IMG/VR virus record: IMGVR_UViG_3300048587_001023
Coordinates: 1 to 55,554 of that record
Source of the DNA: a virus
Taxonomy: Duplodnaviria > Caudoviricetes
DNA: 55,554 bases
Direction: 5' to 3' (one strand)
Each line of letters begins with the position of its first letter. The first letter of the stretch is position 1. Shown piece by piece: positions 55,360 through 55,554 of this stretch. The notes under the pieces are model-generated. The model had not been told where the DNA came from and ran no database searches. It saw nothing but the letters and a program-made list of their open reading frames with translations. The position numbers and the translations under genes were made by a program.

Positions 55360-55554
55360 CACGATCGGTTGTCCGGCGTTGGCTTCGCGGTTGCGCGCCG
55401 GGAGCGGACCTGTCTGGGTGCGTCTAACCTGAAGTTCCGCTCTTCCGTCGTCATAAACCCCAATCCCAACGCGGTTTTCCACCTGATTGGGGGTTGGGGT
55501 TTCTGACTACGTTCGTATGGATGCAAGTAGATCGAGCGCTCGTTGTTGGGTGGG

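Noticed and set aside
55422-55551. Possible attC site (GTCTAAC ... GTTGGGT) with an internal imperfect inverted repeat
   Set aside because: The inner boxes do not pair convincingly, no integron integrase or cassette is visible, and the window ends here.

Overview
GC-rich proteobacterial DNA. About 1-33.6 kb is most of a lambda-like, long-tailed prophage on the + strand. It carries a replication/recombination module, a putative cos site, two ParB-fused DNA methyltransferases, an antisense array of four small genes each behind the same promoter-like repeat, terminase, head, tail (with a -1 frameshifted chaperone) and a lysis cassette with no visible spanin. The integrase end lies outside the window. 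About 33.7-51.8 kb is a minus-strand defence-type island. It holds a tightly coupled operon (HTH, type III-like Res and Mod, a three-gene TIGR04255/unknown/ART-like cassette, RelE-like-UvrD fusion), an orphan AbiEi coupled to a 1713-aa exonuclease-RecQ-UvrD protein, Xis/AlpA-like HTH genes and a possible att junction near 51.0-51.15 kb. About 52.1-55.5 kb is probably host DNA: a membrane AraC regulator, a serine hydrolase and a REP pair. The most unusual observation is a 78-bp element present twice at tail-gene junctions. It runs from one ATGA overlap to another, is exactly a 25-codon mini-ORF, can fold into four hairpins, and has a consensus CsrA/RsmA site over the downstream gene's Shine-Dalgarno. 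All family calls come from motif recognition by eye; no searches were run.
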